Source: Candidatus Aenigmatarchaeota archaeon
GTDB taxonomy: Archaea > Aenigmatarchaeota > Aenigmatarchaeia > PWEA01
Direction: 5' to 3'
NCBI GenBank assembly: GCA_003553905.1
Contig: PWEA01000025.1
Location: 1-55,624 of the forward strand
Length of the DNA stretch: 55,624 nt
Shown here: one piece after another, positions 44,597 to 54,704 of the stretch
Position numbering within the stretch: the first letter of the stretch is position 1
Layout: the number at the start of each line of letters is the position of its first letter
Notes under the pieces: generated by a model
Told to the model about the DNA's origin: nothing
Databases searched by the model: none
Seen by the model: only the letters and a program-made list of their open reading frames with translations
Program-made: the position numbers and the translations under genes

Positions 44597-44689
44597 ATGT
44601 AATCCCTCAAAAACTTTCACGTTGTCTTTTAATAAGCTTTGTGGTTAGAAGATTTAAATCTCTAGGATGTAATTGTGTTGACAATAAAT

Positions 44690-45226
44690 ATGAAAATTGC
44701 CATCACAGGTACACCCGGAACCGGTAAAACATCGGTAGCAGAACGCCTTGCCGAACAGACGGATATGGAATATGTTTCCATAAACAAAGTAGCGAGAAAA
44801 AAGGACTGTATAATATCATACGACGAAAAAAGGAAATCGGATGTAGTAGATGTAAAATGCCTGAGAGAAAAAACAGGAGATATGGAAGACTGTATCCTAG
44901 ATGGTCATCTATCGCATTTTATGGAAAATGATATAACATTCGTCCTTAGGTGCAAACCTTCTGATCTCCGCAAGAGGTTGGAAGGGAAGAGTTGGAAGGA
45001 TCAAAAGATACAGGAAAACGTAAATGCAGAGATAACCGGTGTAATCGAAGGCGAAGCAAGAAACGGAAACGACGAAGTTTATTCCATAGACACCACCAAC
45101 AAGTCCGTAGATAGGATTGTCGAGATTGTTTCGAAAATTGCAGAGGAAGGTGGAGGGGAGGAGTACAAGGACCACTTTGACTGGATAGAAAAAGGCAAAA
45201 TAGATTTAAATGACTCTAATAGTTAA
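44690..45226 (+). CDS. Adenylate kinase family (AK6/Fap7-like)
   Basis: ITGTPGTGKT, DGHLSH and KIQENVNAE motifs. Confidence 0.9.
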   Translation: MKIAITGTPGTGKTSVAERLAEQTDMEYVSINKVARKKDCIISYDEKRKSDVVDVKCLREKTGDMEDCILDGHLSHFMENDITFVLRCKPSDLRKRLEGKSWKDQKIQENVNAEITGVIEGEARNGNDEVYSIDTTNKSVDRIVEIVSKIAEEGGGEEYKDHFDWIEKGKIDLNDSNS

Positions 45227-45821
45227 AGATTTGAACGAAAAAATTCTGGAAGAAGTAGCCAAAAGACTCAGAGAAGGAGAAAGCTGTATATATCCAACAG
45301 AAACCTGTTATGGCCTTGGAACAAATGCAGTAGAAGAAGAAGCTGTGAGAAACATATACAGTATAAAGGAAAGGAATCCAAGTAAAAAGCTTTCGTGCAT
45401 TGTCTCTTCAATTGAAAAAGCAGAAGAGTACTGCAACCTTACTGAAACTGAAAAAAGGGTCTGCGAAAGGTTTATGCCCGGTCCATTGACCCTGGTAACG
45501 GAAAAAAAGGATTCTGTTCCCGATATACTCAACAAGGACTTTGTGTTTAGAATTTCGTCAAACGAGGTCGCAAACACACTGGCCAAAAAAGCAGGTGTCC
45601 CTATAGTAGCCACGTCTGCCAACTTCTCAGGAACAAAAGGTAGATACTCAATCGATGATATTTCATTGGTCATAAGAGACCGTGTAGATGTGATACTTGA
45701 CTACGGAAAGCTCGATGTCAAAAAACCATCCACCATAGCAAAAATACACAAAGACGGCATAGATATATTCAGACAAGGACCGATTTCAAAGAAACAAATC
45801 GAAAAGTTTTTAAGTATTTAG
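45210..45821 (+). CDS. sua5: L-threonylcarbamoyladenylate synthase (Sua5/TsaC)
   Basis: YPTETCYGL, IKER, PGPLTLV, TSAN and PSTI motifs. Confidence 0.95.
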   Translation: MTLIVKDLNEKILEEVAKRLREGESCIYPTETCYGLGTNAVEEEAVRNIYSIKERNPSKKLSCIVSSIEKAEEYCNLTETEKRVCERFMPGPLTLVTEKKDSVPDILNKDFVFRISSNEVANTLAKKAGVPIVATSANFSGTKGRYSIDDISLVIRDRVDVILDYGKLDVKKPSTIAKIHKDGIDIFRQGPISKKQIEKFLSI

Positions 45822-45845
45822 TTGTGAAAGAGGTTAGGTGACTAT

Positions 45846-46013
45846 ATGCCCGAAGAAGCCGCCAGGATAAGACTTTTTGAAAACGTTTTTATATGCATGA
45901 ACTGCAAGGCCAAGAAAAGAGCTAAGCCAAGGAAGGTCAGAGACGGTAAGGTCAGATGCAGAAAGTGCGGCTCGAAAGATCTAAGGACAAAATCCAAAGA
46001 AGACAGGAGCTAG
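45846..46013 (+). CDS. rpl40e: Ribosomal protein L40e (55 aa)
   Basis: Not in ORF track. MPEEAARIRLFENVFICMNCKAK...RCRKCGSKDLRTKSKE, with GGTGA SD. Confidence 0.92.
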   Translation: MPEEAARIRLFENVFICMNCKAKKRAKPRKVRDGKVRCRKCGSKDLRTKSKEDRS

Positions 46014-46015
46014 AC

Positions 46016-46831
46016 ATGAAGCCCTTTCTCCGGCTTATCAGACCTATAAACTGCTTAATGGCATCTATAGCTGTTCTCATAGGAGCCTACTTAGGAGGCA
46101 TAACAGGATCACTTACGCCCATACTTTTTGGTATGGTAGCTGCCTTCGCTGTGTCAGGCGGCGGTATGGTGATAAACGATTACTACGACAGGGATCTGGA
46201 TATAATATACGACCACGACAAACCTATACCCAACGGAGACATATCTCTAAAGACAGCGCTTATAATTTCGTTTGTGCTTTTTTCGGTCGGTATCTATCTT
46301 TCTGCGTGGATAAACATATATGCACTTTCCATCGCCTTGATAAACTCCCTGCTCCTAGTAGGATACGCAAAGGATCTACAGAAAAGGTTTCTGCTGTCAA
46401 ATCTGGTAGTATCGTTTCTCGTTGGTTCAACGTTTGTCTTCGGTGGGATTACAGTGAGCAACTTTATGCCTTCTATACTTCTGGCAGCGATGGCCTTCTT
46501 TGCGAACACGGCAAGAGAAATAATCAAAGATATAGAAGACAAGGAAGCCGATGTCACCAAAGGTGTAAAATCCGTCCCGATAGTTCTAGGAAAAGAAAGT
46601 GCGAGGACTATATCCTCCCTGTTTGTTATAGTAGCAATTTGTATGTCCCCGCTTCCGATTATACTTGATATATTCCATATCAGGTACGGGATACTAGTAA
46701 CCTTTTCAGTAGCTGTATTCCTATGGTCCATATACCTGATAGAAAAGAAAGATGATGTATCTAAGATACAGGGCCTTTTAAAACTGGGGATGCTTCTGGG
46801 TCTGATAGCTTTTTTAGGAGGAGCATTCTAG
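46016..46831 (+). CDS. UbiA-family prenyltransferase, DGGGP synthase-like
   Basis: LIRPINC, INDYYDRDLD, PIPNG and AREIIKDIEDxxxD motifs; start moved to ATG 46016. Confidence 0.88.
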   Translation: MKPFLRLIRPINCLMASIAVLIGAYLGGITGSLTPILFGMVAAFAVSGGGMVINDYYDRDLDIIYDHDKPIPNGDISLKTALIISFVLFSVGIYLSAWINIYALSIALINSLLLVGYAKDLQKRFLLSNLVVSFLVGSTFVFGGITVSNFMPSILLAAMAFFANTAREIIKDIEDKEADVTKGVKSVPIVLGKESARTISSLFVIVAICMSPLPIILDIFHIRYGILVTFSVAVFLWSIYLIEKKDDVSKIQGLLKLGMLLGLIAFLGGAF

Positions 46832-46868
46832 GAAGATTTAAATATTCTACTCCAAAAACTCTTGTGTT

Positions 46869-47222
46869 ATGACTGAAGAACTCGATGACTCAGAAAAGGT
46901 AAAGGGAAAAGAAAATCTGAAGCTTGAAAAGATCGATGAGTTGGTAAAAAAAGGTGAGTTGGATCCTTCCAATGTGAAGTTTACTACATGGCAGGACAAG
47001 AAAAACGATGACGGAGAAATAATAGGTACTGCAAGGGTTGTCCAAGAAGAAGACGAAGAACTTGCAAAGGTCGAGTATATTTGTCCGCGATGTCAAAAAC
47101 ACGGATTCAAGGAAACGGAGTACAAGAGGCCATTCTGGGTAAAGTGTGAGGGCTGTGAGAAGAGCTTTTCAATACCAAGGCTCAAGGACAAGGTCAAAAA
47201 GAAAAAGAAACCCGATGTCTAG
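46869..47222 (+). CDS. Zn-ribbon hypothetical protein
   Basis: YICPRC...VKCEGC; basic tail. Confidence 0.7.
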   Translation: MTEELDDSEKVKGKENLKLEKIDELVKKGELDPSNVKFTTWQDKKNDDGEIIGTARVVQEEDEELAKVEYICPRCQKHGFKETEYKRPFWVKCEGCEKSFSIPRLKDKVKKKKKPDV

Positions 47223-47228
47223 AAACCA

Positions 47229-47336
47229 GCCTCGGTGGCTCAGAGGTAGAGCGCGTCCTTGGTAGGAAGACCGGGATAATCTCGAGTATTCACAGAAAGG
47301 ACGAGGTCGCGGGTTCAAATCCCGCCCGAGGCTCCA
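47229..47336 (+). tRNA. tRNA-Thr(GGT) with 33-nt canonical intron at 47265-47297, CCA encoded
   Basis: GCCTCGG/CCGAGGC acceptor stem; CGTCC-TT-GGT-A[intron]A-GGACG. Confidence 0.93.
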
Positions 47337-47404
47337 GTTATCAACCATGAACTGTCTTGTACTTAACTAATAAAAACTTCTTTGGTTAGGTGTATATAGA
47401 TAGT

Positions 47405-49594
47405 ATGCCCAAAAAGGAAACAGGCTCACGCAGGTTTGGAGCTTTTCAGGGAGTTTTTGTTCCAACATTTCTCAGTATAATAGGAGTTATACTTTTTCTG
47501 CGTCTTGGTTATGTTGTAGGCGGAGCTGGCTTAATTGGAACTATAGGCATAATAATCCTCGCAATGTCTGTTACGCTTGCAACGGGCCTATCATTGAGTT
47601 CTATAGCCAGCAACATACGGATAGGAGCCGGTGGAGCTTACTCTATTGTAACAAAAACACTGGGACTTGAAATTGGGGGAAGTATAGGAATCCCCCTCTA
47701 TCTGGCACAGGCCTTTTCTGTAGCTCTTTACATATTCGGTTTTTCTGAAGCCTGGCAGTTCGCGTTTCCAGAACACAGCATAACAACAGTAGCACTCCTA
47801 TCCTTTGCAGCTATCTTCCTTCTTACATTCATAAAAACAGACTTCGCGATGAAAATTCAGATAGGTGTTTTCAGCCTTATATGCCTAGCTCTTGTAGTTA
47901 TATTCATAGGAGGGGGCATGCAACTGGGAAATCTTTCTGTTCCCTTGGTAGGTACAGGTGAACCGGTTTTTTGGACGCTTTTTGCAATATTTTTTCCTGC
48001 TGTAACTGGCCTCATGTCAGGAATAGGTCTATCCGGTGAGCTAACTAATCCGAAGGAGCAAATATCGAAAGGAATACTTTATGGCCTCGGAACCACCACT
48101 GTAATATATCTTGCAATGGCATTCCTCCTGTCCTATACTACAACACCCGATCAGTTAATTGAAAACACACTTATACTGACTGAAATCTCACTGATACCCG
48201 AATTAGTGGTGGTCGGGATGTTAGCAGCTACCTTCTCTAGCGCCCTTACCATGTTAATAGCGGCACCACGTGTACTCCAAGCTCTGGGAAGTAAATCAAT
48301 AGTTCCCAAAGGCAGTCTCCTCTCAAAGATAAGTAAAGATGGTGAACCAAGAAACGCGATAGGTATAACAGCTTTGATTATAATACCATTGCTTGTCCTG
48401 GGCAGCCTTAACCTAGTTGCACAAGTACTTACAATGTTCTTCCTCATAACATACGCAAGTATAAACCTATCTGTTTTCCTAGAACAACAGCTTGGAATAA
48501 GAAGTTTCCGACCAACATTCAAAGTCCCGAAGGTTGTACCGTTATATGGATTCATAGCATCCCTGATGATAATGTTTGTAGTAAACCCCTACGCCGGTAT
48601 AGTAGCAACCACGTCTGTTATCATAATTTACATAGCCCTGTCAAAGAAACCGCTTGAAAGAGAACACGGGGATGTGAGATCGGGCTTGTTCAGAGCTCTT
48701 TCGGAGTGGGCTGCAGAGAAAACAAGAAGATTACCCGAATCCTCAAAACATGTTTGGAAACCAAACCTCCTTGTTCCTGTAACTACAAACAAAACGCTGA
48801 TAGGTAACTTTCCTCTTTTAAAGTCGATAGCATATCCACATGGAAGAGTAACTATACTCGGTCTCGATGTAAAGAACGAAGACAGCATACCAAAGGAAGA
48901 AACTACCGACCATAAAAACGATAAAAAACTTGAAGAAATACCGGAAACAGTCGATAGGTTTGAAAAGGACAAGATCTTTGCAACCTATTCAAATATAGAT
49001 GCTATAGACTACACCAACTCTGTTATAGTTTCCATGGAGGCAATAAGGAGCCAGGTGTTTTCTCCAAATATACTTTTCCTGCCATACGAACCAGAAGACG
49101 TGGTGGACGAAGATCTTGGAAAGATCATAGAGGCCTCCGAAGAAAACTACTGTGGAATTGCACTTCTCGATAAGGATGAAAGTGTTAGACTCGGGACTGA
49201 AGGAGATATCCATGTCTGGATATCTCCGAAGACTCTGGAAGATGATTTATTTGAAAGAAGGTATTACGACCTATCTCTTCTTATAGCGTATAGTATAAAG
49301 AAAAACTGGGTTGGAAGAATACATATATGGATGGTTGTAGACAACGAGGAACAGAGAGGTGAAGCTGAAAACTACCTAAACACGCTCGTTTACGAGTCCC
49401 GGTTTCCCAAATCAACGGATATACAGATCGTAGATGGGAAGTTTCATGATGTACTGAAGGAAGCACCTGCAGGTGATCTACACATAATACCATTCGAAGA
49501 GTCCGATACAAGTTCCCTGGCTGATATTTCAGAAATAGGTGGCAAATCTTACCTCTTTGTGCATGACTCGACAAAAGAAAGTATCCTGGCCTAG
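47405..49594 (+). CDS. Cation-chloride cotransporter (SLC12/CCC)-like APC transporter
   Basis: GVFVPTFLSIIGVILFLRLG, GGAY...LGLEIGGSIG, FAIFFPAVTG and PRVLQAL motifs; cytoplasmic WKPNLLV domain. Confidence 0.9.
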   Translation: MPKKETGSRRFGAFQGVFVPTFLSIIGVILFLRLGYVVGGAGLIGTIGIIILAMSVTLATGLSLSSIASNIRIGAGGAYSIVTKTLGLEIGGSIGIPLYLAQAFSVALYIFGFSEAWQFAFPEHSITTVALLSFAAIFLLTFIKTDFAMKIQIGVFSLICLALVVIFIGGGMQLGNLSVPLVGTGEPVFWTLFAIFFPAVTGLMSGIGLSGELTNPKEQISKGILYGLGTTTVIYLAMAFLLSYTTTPDQLIENTLILTEISLIPELVVVGMLAATFSSALTMLIAAPRVLQALGSKSIVPKGSLLSKISKDGEPRNAIGITALIIIPLLVLGSLNLVAQVLTMFFLITYASINLSVFLEQQLGIRSFRPTFKVPKVVPLYGFIASLMIMFVVNPYAGIVATTSVIIIYIALSKKPLEREHGDVRSGLFRALSEWAAEKTRRLPESSKHVWKPNLLVPVTTNKTLIGNFPLLKSIAYPHGRVTILGLDVKNEDSIPKEETTDHKNDKKLEEIPETVDRFEKDKIFATYSNIDAIDYTNSVIVSMEAIRSQVFSPNILFLPYEPEDVVDEDLGKIIEASEENYCGIALLDKDESVRLGTEGDIHVWISPKTLEDDLFERRYYDLSLLIAYSIKKNWVGRIHIWMVVDNEEQRGEAENYLNTLVYESRFPKSTDIQIVDGKFHDVLKEAPAGDLHIIPFEESDTSSLADISEIGGKSYLFVHDSTKESILA

Positions 49595-49595
49595 A

Positions 49596-51416
49596 TCAAG
49601 AGATATACACTTCTATTTCTTTATTGTTGGCAATGGCTCTCACAAGCTTTTCTCCTAGCTCAGAGTTCTTTGTAAGCTTTATCTCACCACCTTTGCCTAC
49701 TGTTGCAGTAAAGAAATACTCCTTTTCTATGTATATGTTAGCGTTTTCGCCTGAGTAGTTGTCGTCAAAGTTGAAGGTTACATATGCGCCTGTTTCGCCT
49801 ATCTCGAATTCTATCTTTTCGCCTGTAGTCTTAGTTTTAGGCTCGACATCTATATTAACACCAAGCTTGTTTTCGAGCTTCTCCACTGTTTTTCCATTCC
49901 TTCCTATTAGATGTGGGATATTGTCGTTGTCTACCTTTGCAGCTATCCTGTCCTCGGATATAAACTCTACGTCGGGGTTATCATCGAACCTCTTCAGCTC
50001 ATCTATTATCTTATCCTTGGCAAGATTGTGTATGCCCTTCTCCTCTGTTTCCTGAACCGGAACCACTATGTTTTCCTCTCCGTAGGTATAAATCTCATAT
50101 TCAAGTGCTCCTGTTTCGAAGTCCCTGATATCTATGACAGGTCTTGCGAGATCCTGTTCTTGCATCCCGGAAGGGACCTTGACCTTCATCGTAAGCGAGT
50201 AGACCTTTGCTACATCACCTGCATCTATATGTATAACAGTATCAAGAACGTGTGGTATCATACCCAGTTCGGTTCTTCCAACAAATCTTTGTACGGCGTC
50301 TATAGGATCCGATGCATGTACTACTCCTACCATCCCTGTACCGGCCAACCTCAAATCAGCAAATGTAGAGAAATCATAACCTTTCCTGACTTCGTCGTAT
50401 ATTGTGTAGTCAGGTCGAACCAGAAGAAGAACATCCGCCGAGTTGTCCATTCTGCCCTCCAACTGTGTATACTGTGTGATATCTTTAGAAACATCAAGAT
50501 CCCGAGGCGACTCCAGTGTCTTAACTATGTTTCCATTAGAGCTGTAGAACTCGGCAAGGGACTGCGCAAATGTAGTCTTGCCGCTACCTGGATTCCCGGC
50601 TATAAGTATCCCTTCTGCCTTGTTTTCAAGCCTTTTGCGAAGTTTCTCTGTGAGAGAATAATCATCCAGGGTGAGTTTGACAAGTGGCCGGACAGCAGTT
50701 ATCTCTCTTCTCAGAGAAAAGGGTGGCTTAGCTATTACAATCCTATAGTCCCTAAACTGTATTATCTCTGCGCCCTTCTTTGACATCTCTACTTCGGCAT
50801 CGTCCTTCTTTCTTGCCATATCTATTATATTTCTACTAAGTTCTTCCAGATTCTCCTTGGACAACTGTTCCTGGGATATCTCCTGGAGTTCAAAACTACC
50901 CGGAGAGCCCCTCTTTGCCTTTGGTTTACAACCCTCGACAAGATGAACACTCATAGTAGATTCATCAAAGAAGTCCTCCAAGAGGAACTTGTCTTCGTTC
51001 TCCTCTTGTTCTATAAATACAACATCGAGGCCCTCTGCTTCAGCAACCTGCGACTGTACGTAGTCTTCTGTATAAAGAACTGCGTCTTCTTCATCGACAT
51101 GGTCCTTTATCAGGGCATCTATCCTTCCCTTACTTGCAAGTTTTATCTCTTCTTCGGTCGGCCTTCTTCCTGTATGTGAAACCTTTATGCCTTCATCTTC
51201 GAAAGTCCTTAGTTTCTTTATCTCATCCAACCCTTCGAATCCTGTCTCTCTTCCCCTGTTTGCCTGTGCCTGAAGTTCGTCAACCACGGCCTCCGGAACT
51301 ATTATATCAGTATCATTGAGTTTTCCTTCTTCTACCATCTCAGAAAGCTTCTTATCTATAAGTATAGATGTATCTGGTACTATCTTCTTGTTATCTTTGT
51401 CCTGTCTTTCTTCCAT
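49596..51416 (-). CDS. PINA-type ATPase (PIN + P-loop ATPase + KH)
   Basis: VPDTS PIN domain, GNPGSGKTT, RPDYTIYDEVR and LIGRNG KH motif. Confidence 0.95.
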   Translation of the reverse strand: MEERQDKDNKKIVPDTSILIDKKLSEMVEEGKLNDTDIIVPEAVVDELQAQANRGRETGFEGLDEIKKLRTFEDEGIKVSHTGRRPTEEEIKLASKGRIDALIKDHVDEEDAVLYTEDYVQSQVAEAEGLDVVFIEQEENEDKFLLEDFFDESTMSVHLVEGCKPKAKRGSPGSFELQEISQEQLSKENLEELSRNIIDMARKKDDAEVEMSKKGAEIIQFRDYRIVIAKPPFSLRREITAVRPLVKLTLDDYSLTEKLRKRLENKAEGILIAGNPGSGKTTFAQSLAEFYSSNGNIVKTLESPRDLDVSKDITQYTQLEGRMDNSADVLLLVRPDYTIYDEVRKGYDFSTFADLRLAGTGMVGVVHASDPIDAVQRFVGRTELGMIPHVLDTVIHIDAGDVAKVYSLTMKVKVPSGMQEQDLARPVIDIRDFETGALEYEIYTYGEENIVVPVQETEEKGIHNLAKDKIIDELKRFDDNPDVEFISEDRIAAKVDNDNIPHLIGRNGKTVEKLENKLGVNIDVEPKTKTTGEKIEFEIGETGAYVTFNFDDNYSGENANIYIEKEYFFTATVGKGGEIKLTKNSELGEKLVRAIANNKEIEVYIS

Positions 51417-51541
51417 ATCTAAAACACCTTTGTACATTCTAAGTTTTCTCAGAAGGGGCCACGGATAAAATCAACATTAACCTTTATAAGTCTTTCGGCA
51501 ACCGAAACAAATAAAATTACCAAACTATAATTAGTTAGTCT

Positions 51542-51682
51542 ATGGTCAGCTACAACACAGTAGTCGAGAAAGGAAAAGAGGTGGACACATGGAAGGGTGG
51601 GAAAATATTCCAATATAAGGACAAATACTACTGGGTCAAACCTGAAGAGAAAAAAATAGCTATGGAGGGAAACTTCCTCTGA
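51542..51682 (+). CDS. 46-aa hypothetical microprotein
   Basis: Not in ORF track. MVSYNTVVEKGKEVDTWKGGKIFQYKDKYYWVKPEEKKIAMEGNFL fills the gap with host-like codon style. Confidence 0.6.
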   Translation: MVSYNTVVEKGKEVDTWKGGKIFQYKDKYYWVKPEEKKIAMEGNFL

Positions 51683-51718
51683 GTATTGTCCCTTGCTTCC
51701 ATCTGTTCAGTAAAAGGA

Positions 51719-52186
51719 TCACTTCACCTTTGCTACATCTCCTATCGTAAGATCCTTCCCCTCTTTACCATTGAACTTTTCTGGGTCTATATCCAGATCC
51801 TCGAAAAGCTCTACTTCAAACTTTCTTTTGAGTTTTTTACAAAGTTCTTCATCGGGTTTCAGTTCCCCGTGCTCCACCCTTCTGATAACTGACTCTTTTT
51901 CCGATATATCATGAGAAAGCTCTTCCATGGAAAGATCGGACTGCTCTCTGGCTTTTCTTACAACTTCACCATAGTTCTTCTTCAGTACCTTGTCTGATCC
52001 GTCAAAACTCGAGCTATGCCATGAAGAACTTTTCTTTTCGCTGGGCTTTTGGGGTTCTGCATCAACCACGACTTCCTTTGATTTTAAAGTACCGAGAGAC
52101 GAACATTCGTCACAAACTCTCATTTCACTACCCTCAACCTCGGCTATACACGATGCATCGGACGTACCACATACTTCACAGTTCAA
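51719..52186 (-). CDS. Archaeal multiprotein bridging factor aMBF1
   Basis: CEVCG..VCDEC Zn ribbon, HTH and TIGD tail; GAGGTGA SD then TTG. Confidence 0.93.
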   Translation of the reverse strand: MNCEVCGTSDASCIAEVEGSEMRVCDECSSLGTLKSKEVVVDAEPQKPSEKKSSSWHSSSFDGSDKVLKKNYGEVVRKAREQSDLSMEELSHDISEKESVIRRVEHGELKPDEELCKKLKRKFEVELFEDLDIDPEKFNGKEGKDLTIGDVAKVK

Positions 52187-52423
52187 GAAAACTCACCTCT
52201 AAAAATCTTTCTAGAATTAAGGATTTAATATGCAAGAAAATCCTCCGTGTTTGGATTTATCTCTCCCACAAGTTAAAGTTAAAATCCACGGTTTAAATAT
52301 TTTACCATTAAATATACATAAATAGGACGCAACAACTTGATTTCTAAAAAGATGTTACTGGTCAGTAATTTCAAAGTATAAATTCTTTAGGGTTAAATAC
52401 TATTTACAATTCAAAAATGAGGT

Positions 52424-54658
52424 GTGTCCAATATGACAGATAATACAAATCAGAACGAAAACAACACGAAAAACGATAGAACCAACAAATTAATGAAAAA
52501 TTACGAAAGGCTCCAGAAAAATATGGAGACCTATACAAACAACGCAGAAACAGCAATTTCCAAGCTCGAGAACCCTGAAGAAATTTCTCTAGAAGACTGG
52601 AAAAAAATCATCGATAAGAAAGAGAAGTATGAGGACAAGGTAAAGGATGTGAAAGGAAATCTTGAGAACATATACGAAAATATTGGTACATCATGGGAAG
52701 ATATGAAGGAAATGGAAGGACTTGATTATCTACCAACAGAAAAGGAGGTAGGAGAACTTGAAGAATATGTACAAAAAATAAAGGGAAAACTTGAAAACAA
52801 AGTAAACGAGTACCAGGAGGATATAGACAACTTTGCTGATATTTATGAAGGATACAGGGAAATCTCAGAAGCTGAGTGGAAGATAGATAAAATACAGGAA
52901 GAAAAGGGTCTCTCAGATGAAGATATGGAGGAAATACACGAAAAACAGAAGAAAATCAAGAAGGAAGAAGAAGAAATAAAGGAAATGGAAAAGGAGAAGA
53001 AAAGGAAAGAACTAATGAAAAAAAGAGGGGAGAAAGCTGAGGATAAAGATCAATTAGATAGAGAACTGAATGAAATTAGCAATGGAATTAAGAAGAAGTA
53101 TAATAAACTTGAAGAAAGTAAAAATCTTGCTGAAAAGTTTCCTGTCACAAAGGACGACATAGATAAAATTTACGAGAAGATGAAGGAATTGAATGAAAAG
53201 TACGACGAATATGGTGAGGTGCTGGACGTAGACGAGGAAACAAAAGAAAAAATGGATGAACTCTCAGACTTTTACAAAGACTTCCTGGGTGAGAGGGAAA
53301 AACTGGAAAGGGCAGCAAAAAACCATTATAATCTGACCAAAAAAGGTTACAATGATGACCAGATCAAAAAGTTCAGCGAGATTATGGACAAAGAAGATGG
53401 GAGTAAGTACGATGAATTCAAAGAAAAGGCGGGGATTCTTTCGGAAAAACTTGACGATACAGATATCCGAAGAGAAATGATCAAAGCAGGAAGAAAGTCC
53501 TATGATGGAGAATTTATAGGAAAAATTGGTGATTATTCCGAACTATCTCTTGGAAGTCTGGTAGGATTCCTAGAAGATCTCGAAGGCGAGGACTACGATA
53601 CAATCGACAAGGAATGGAACAAATACCTGGAACAAAGAGAAGAAAAGGATCTGCCACCGATTACAGCAGCTCTAGTAGGAAAGGCTATTGATGAGAAAGG
53701 AAATTCTGAAGCTGCAGAACATCTTATTTCAGTTGAAGGTGTCAGTGCCAAGGTGGTGGACTCAAATCAACTATCTCACCTATACGAGATGATAGACCGT
53801 TTAAACGAAATCGACGAAGAAGATGGGAAGTGGGATAGATTCAAGGAATACATGAATAAAATTGCACCTCCCGGAAGCAATCGTCACAAGGCAGCCTGTG
53901 TAGGCTTTGCCGCTGCACTACCATTAGCAGCAGGATATGGAATGGCGATGCACGAGGAAGATACCGAATTTGAAACTTCGGGAAGAGATGTAAGCTTCCC
54001 GTTCCCTACTGTAGTCAGAAGTCAAGAAAGAAACTCAACAATGTCCGGTGAAATGACATCTGACCCAATAGTAATAAGAGGTAACTTAACCGGAGATAGA
54101 ACAAACGAAGTTGAGCTTGGATTAAGGGATGTAGAAGGATCCATAGGCCTTGAAGATCAAGATGGAACTCTCTGGATAAACGAAACCAAGGGAGAAGTAG
54201 AAAGTTATCCAAGAAACAGAACGCAACTACTTAATGAAACCGATGGAACCGTACAAATAAATGAAACCGATGGAACTTTACAGATAACTGAAGGTGTTCT
54301 GGAAGGAAACTACACACAGGTCATCGATGATGATCTGGAATCGGAGCCCTTCACAGTAGATGGTAACATCGATGGACAGGTTGAATCAGAAGAAGAAAAA
54401 GAGGTATCGCTTCTTCCCTTTGCGATGGGTCTCGGTGCCCTGGGTTGGGCTTACTCCAAAAACAAGGAAAGACTCAGTAAGCTTATAGAAAATACTAAGG
54501 ATGACCATAAGGAAGACAAATACGAGGCTATCAGATACATAAACCACATGTCAGAGCTTTCGGATGAAATCGACGAGGCATATCTCGAAGACAAGAGAAA
54601 AATGAAAGACATCATGAAGGAAGCTTGGAAGGACTACGATGATATGGAATTAGATTAA
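52424..54658 (+). CDS. Large coiled-coil protein with two C-terminal hydrophobic segments
   Basis: About 480 aa of E/K-rich helices, then AACVGFAAALPLAAGYG, a beta-rich NETDG repeat region, and LLPFAMGLGALGWAY. Confidence 0.7.
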   Translation: MSNMTDNTNQNENNTKNDRTNKLMKNYERLQKNMETYTNNAETAISKLENPEEISLEDWKKIIDKKEKYEDKVKDVKGNLENIYENIGTSWEDMKEMEGLDYLPTEKEVGELEEYVQKIKGKLENKVNEYQEDIDNFADIYEGYREISEAEWKIDKIQEEKGLSDEDMEEIHEKQKKIKKEEEEIKEMEKEKKRKELMKKRGEKAEDKDQLDRELNEISNGIKKKYNKLEESKNLAEKFPVTKDDIDKIYEKMKELNEKYDEYGEVLDVDEETKEKMDELSDFYKDFLGEREKLERAAKNHYNLTKKGYNDDQIKKFSEIMDKEDGSKYDEFKEKAGILSEKLDDTDIRREMIKAGRKSYDGEFIGKIGDYSELSLGSLVGFLEDLEGEDYDTIDKEWNKYLEQREEKDLPPITAALVGKAIDEKGNSEAAEHLISVEGVSAKVVDSNQLSHLYEMIDRLNEIDEEDGKWDRFKEYMNKIAPPGSNRHKAACVGFAAALPLAAGYGMAMHEEDTEFETSGRDVSFPFPTVVRSQERNSTMSGEMTSDPIVIRGNLTGDRTNEVELGLRDVEGSIGLEDQDGTLWINETKGEVESYPRNRTQLLNETDGTVQINETDGTLQITEGVLEGNYTQVIDDDLESEPFTVDGNIDGQVESEEEKEVSLLPFAMGLGALGWAYSKNKERLSKLIENTKDDHKEDKYEAIRYINHMSELSDEIDEAYLEDKRKMKDIMKEAWKDYDDMELD

Positions 54659-54704
54659 AGCTTTGTGTCAACTGTCTCCGTACCGATTTGAGGGGGTTTA
54701 AATA

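Noticed and set aside
45956-46015. N-terminal extension of the UbiA ORF
   Set aside because: It overlaps rpl40e in another frame; ATG 46016 follows the L40e stop
49911-50783. Long antisense ORFs (290 aa here; similarly 20045-20743, 37355-38047, 13806-14399, 6760-7287)
   Set aside because: Shadow frames of well-supported genes, with no recognisable motifs
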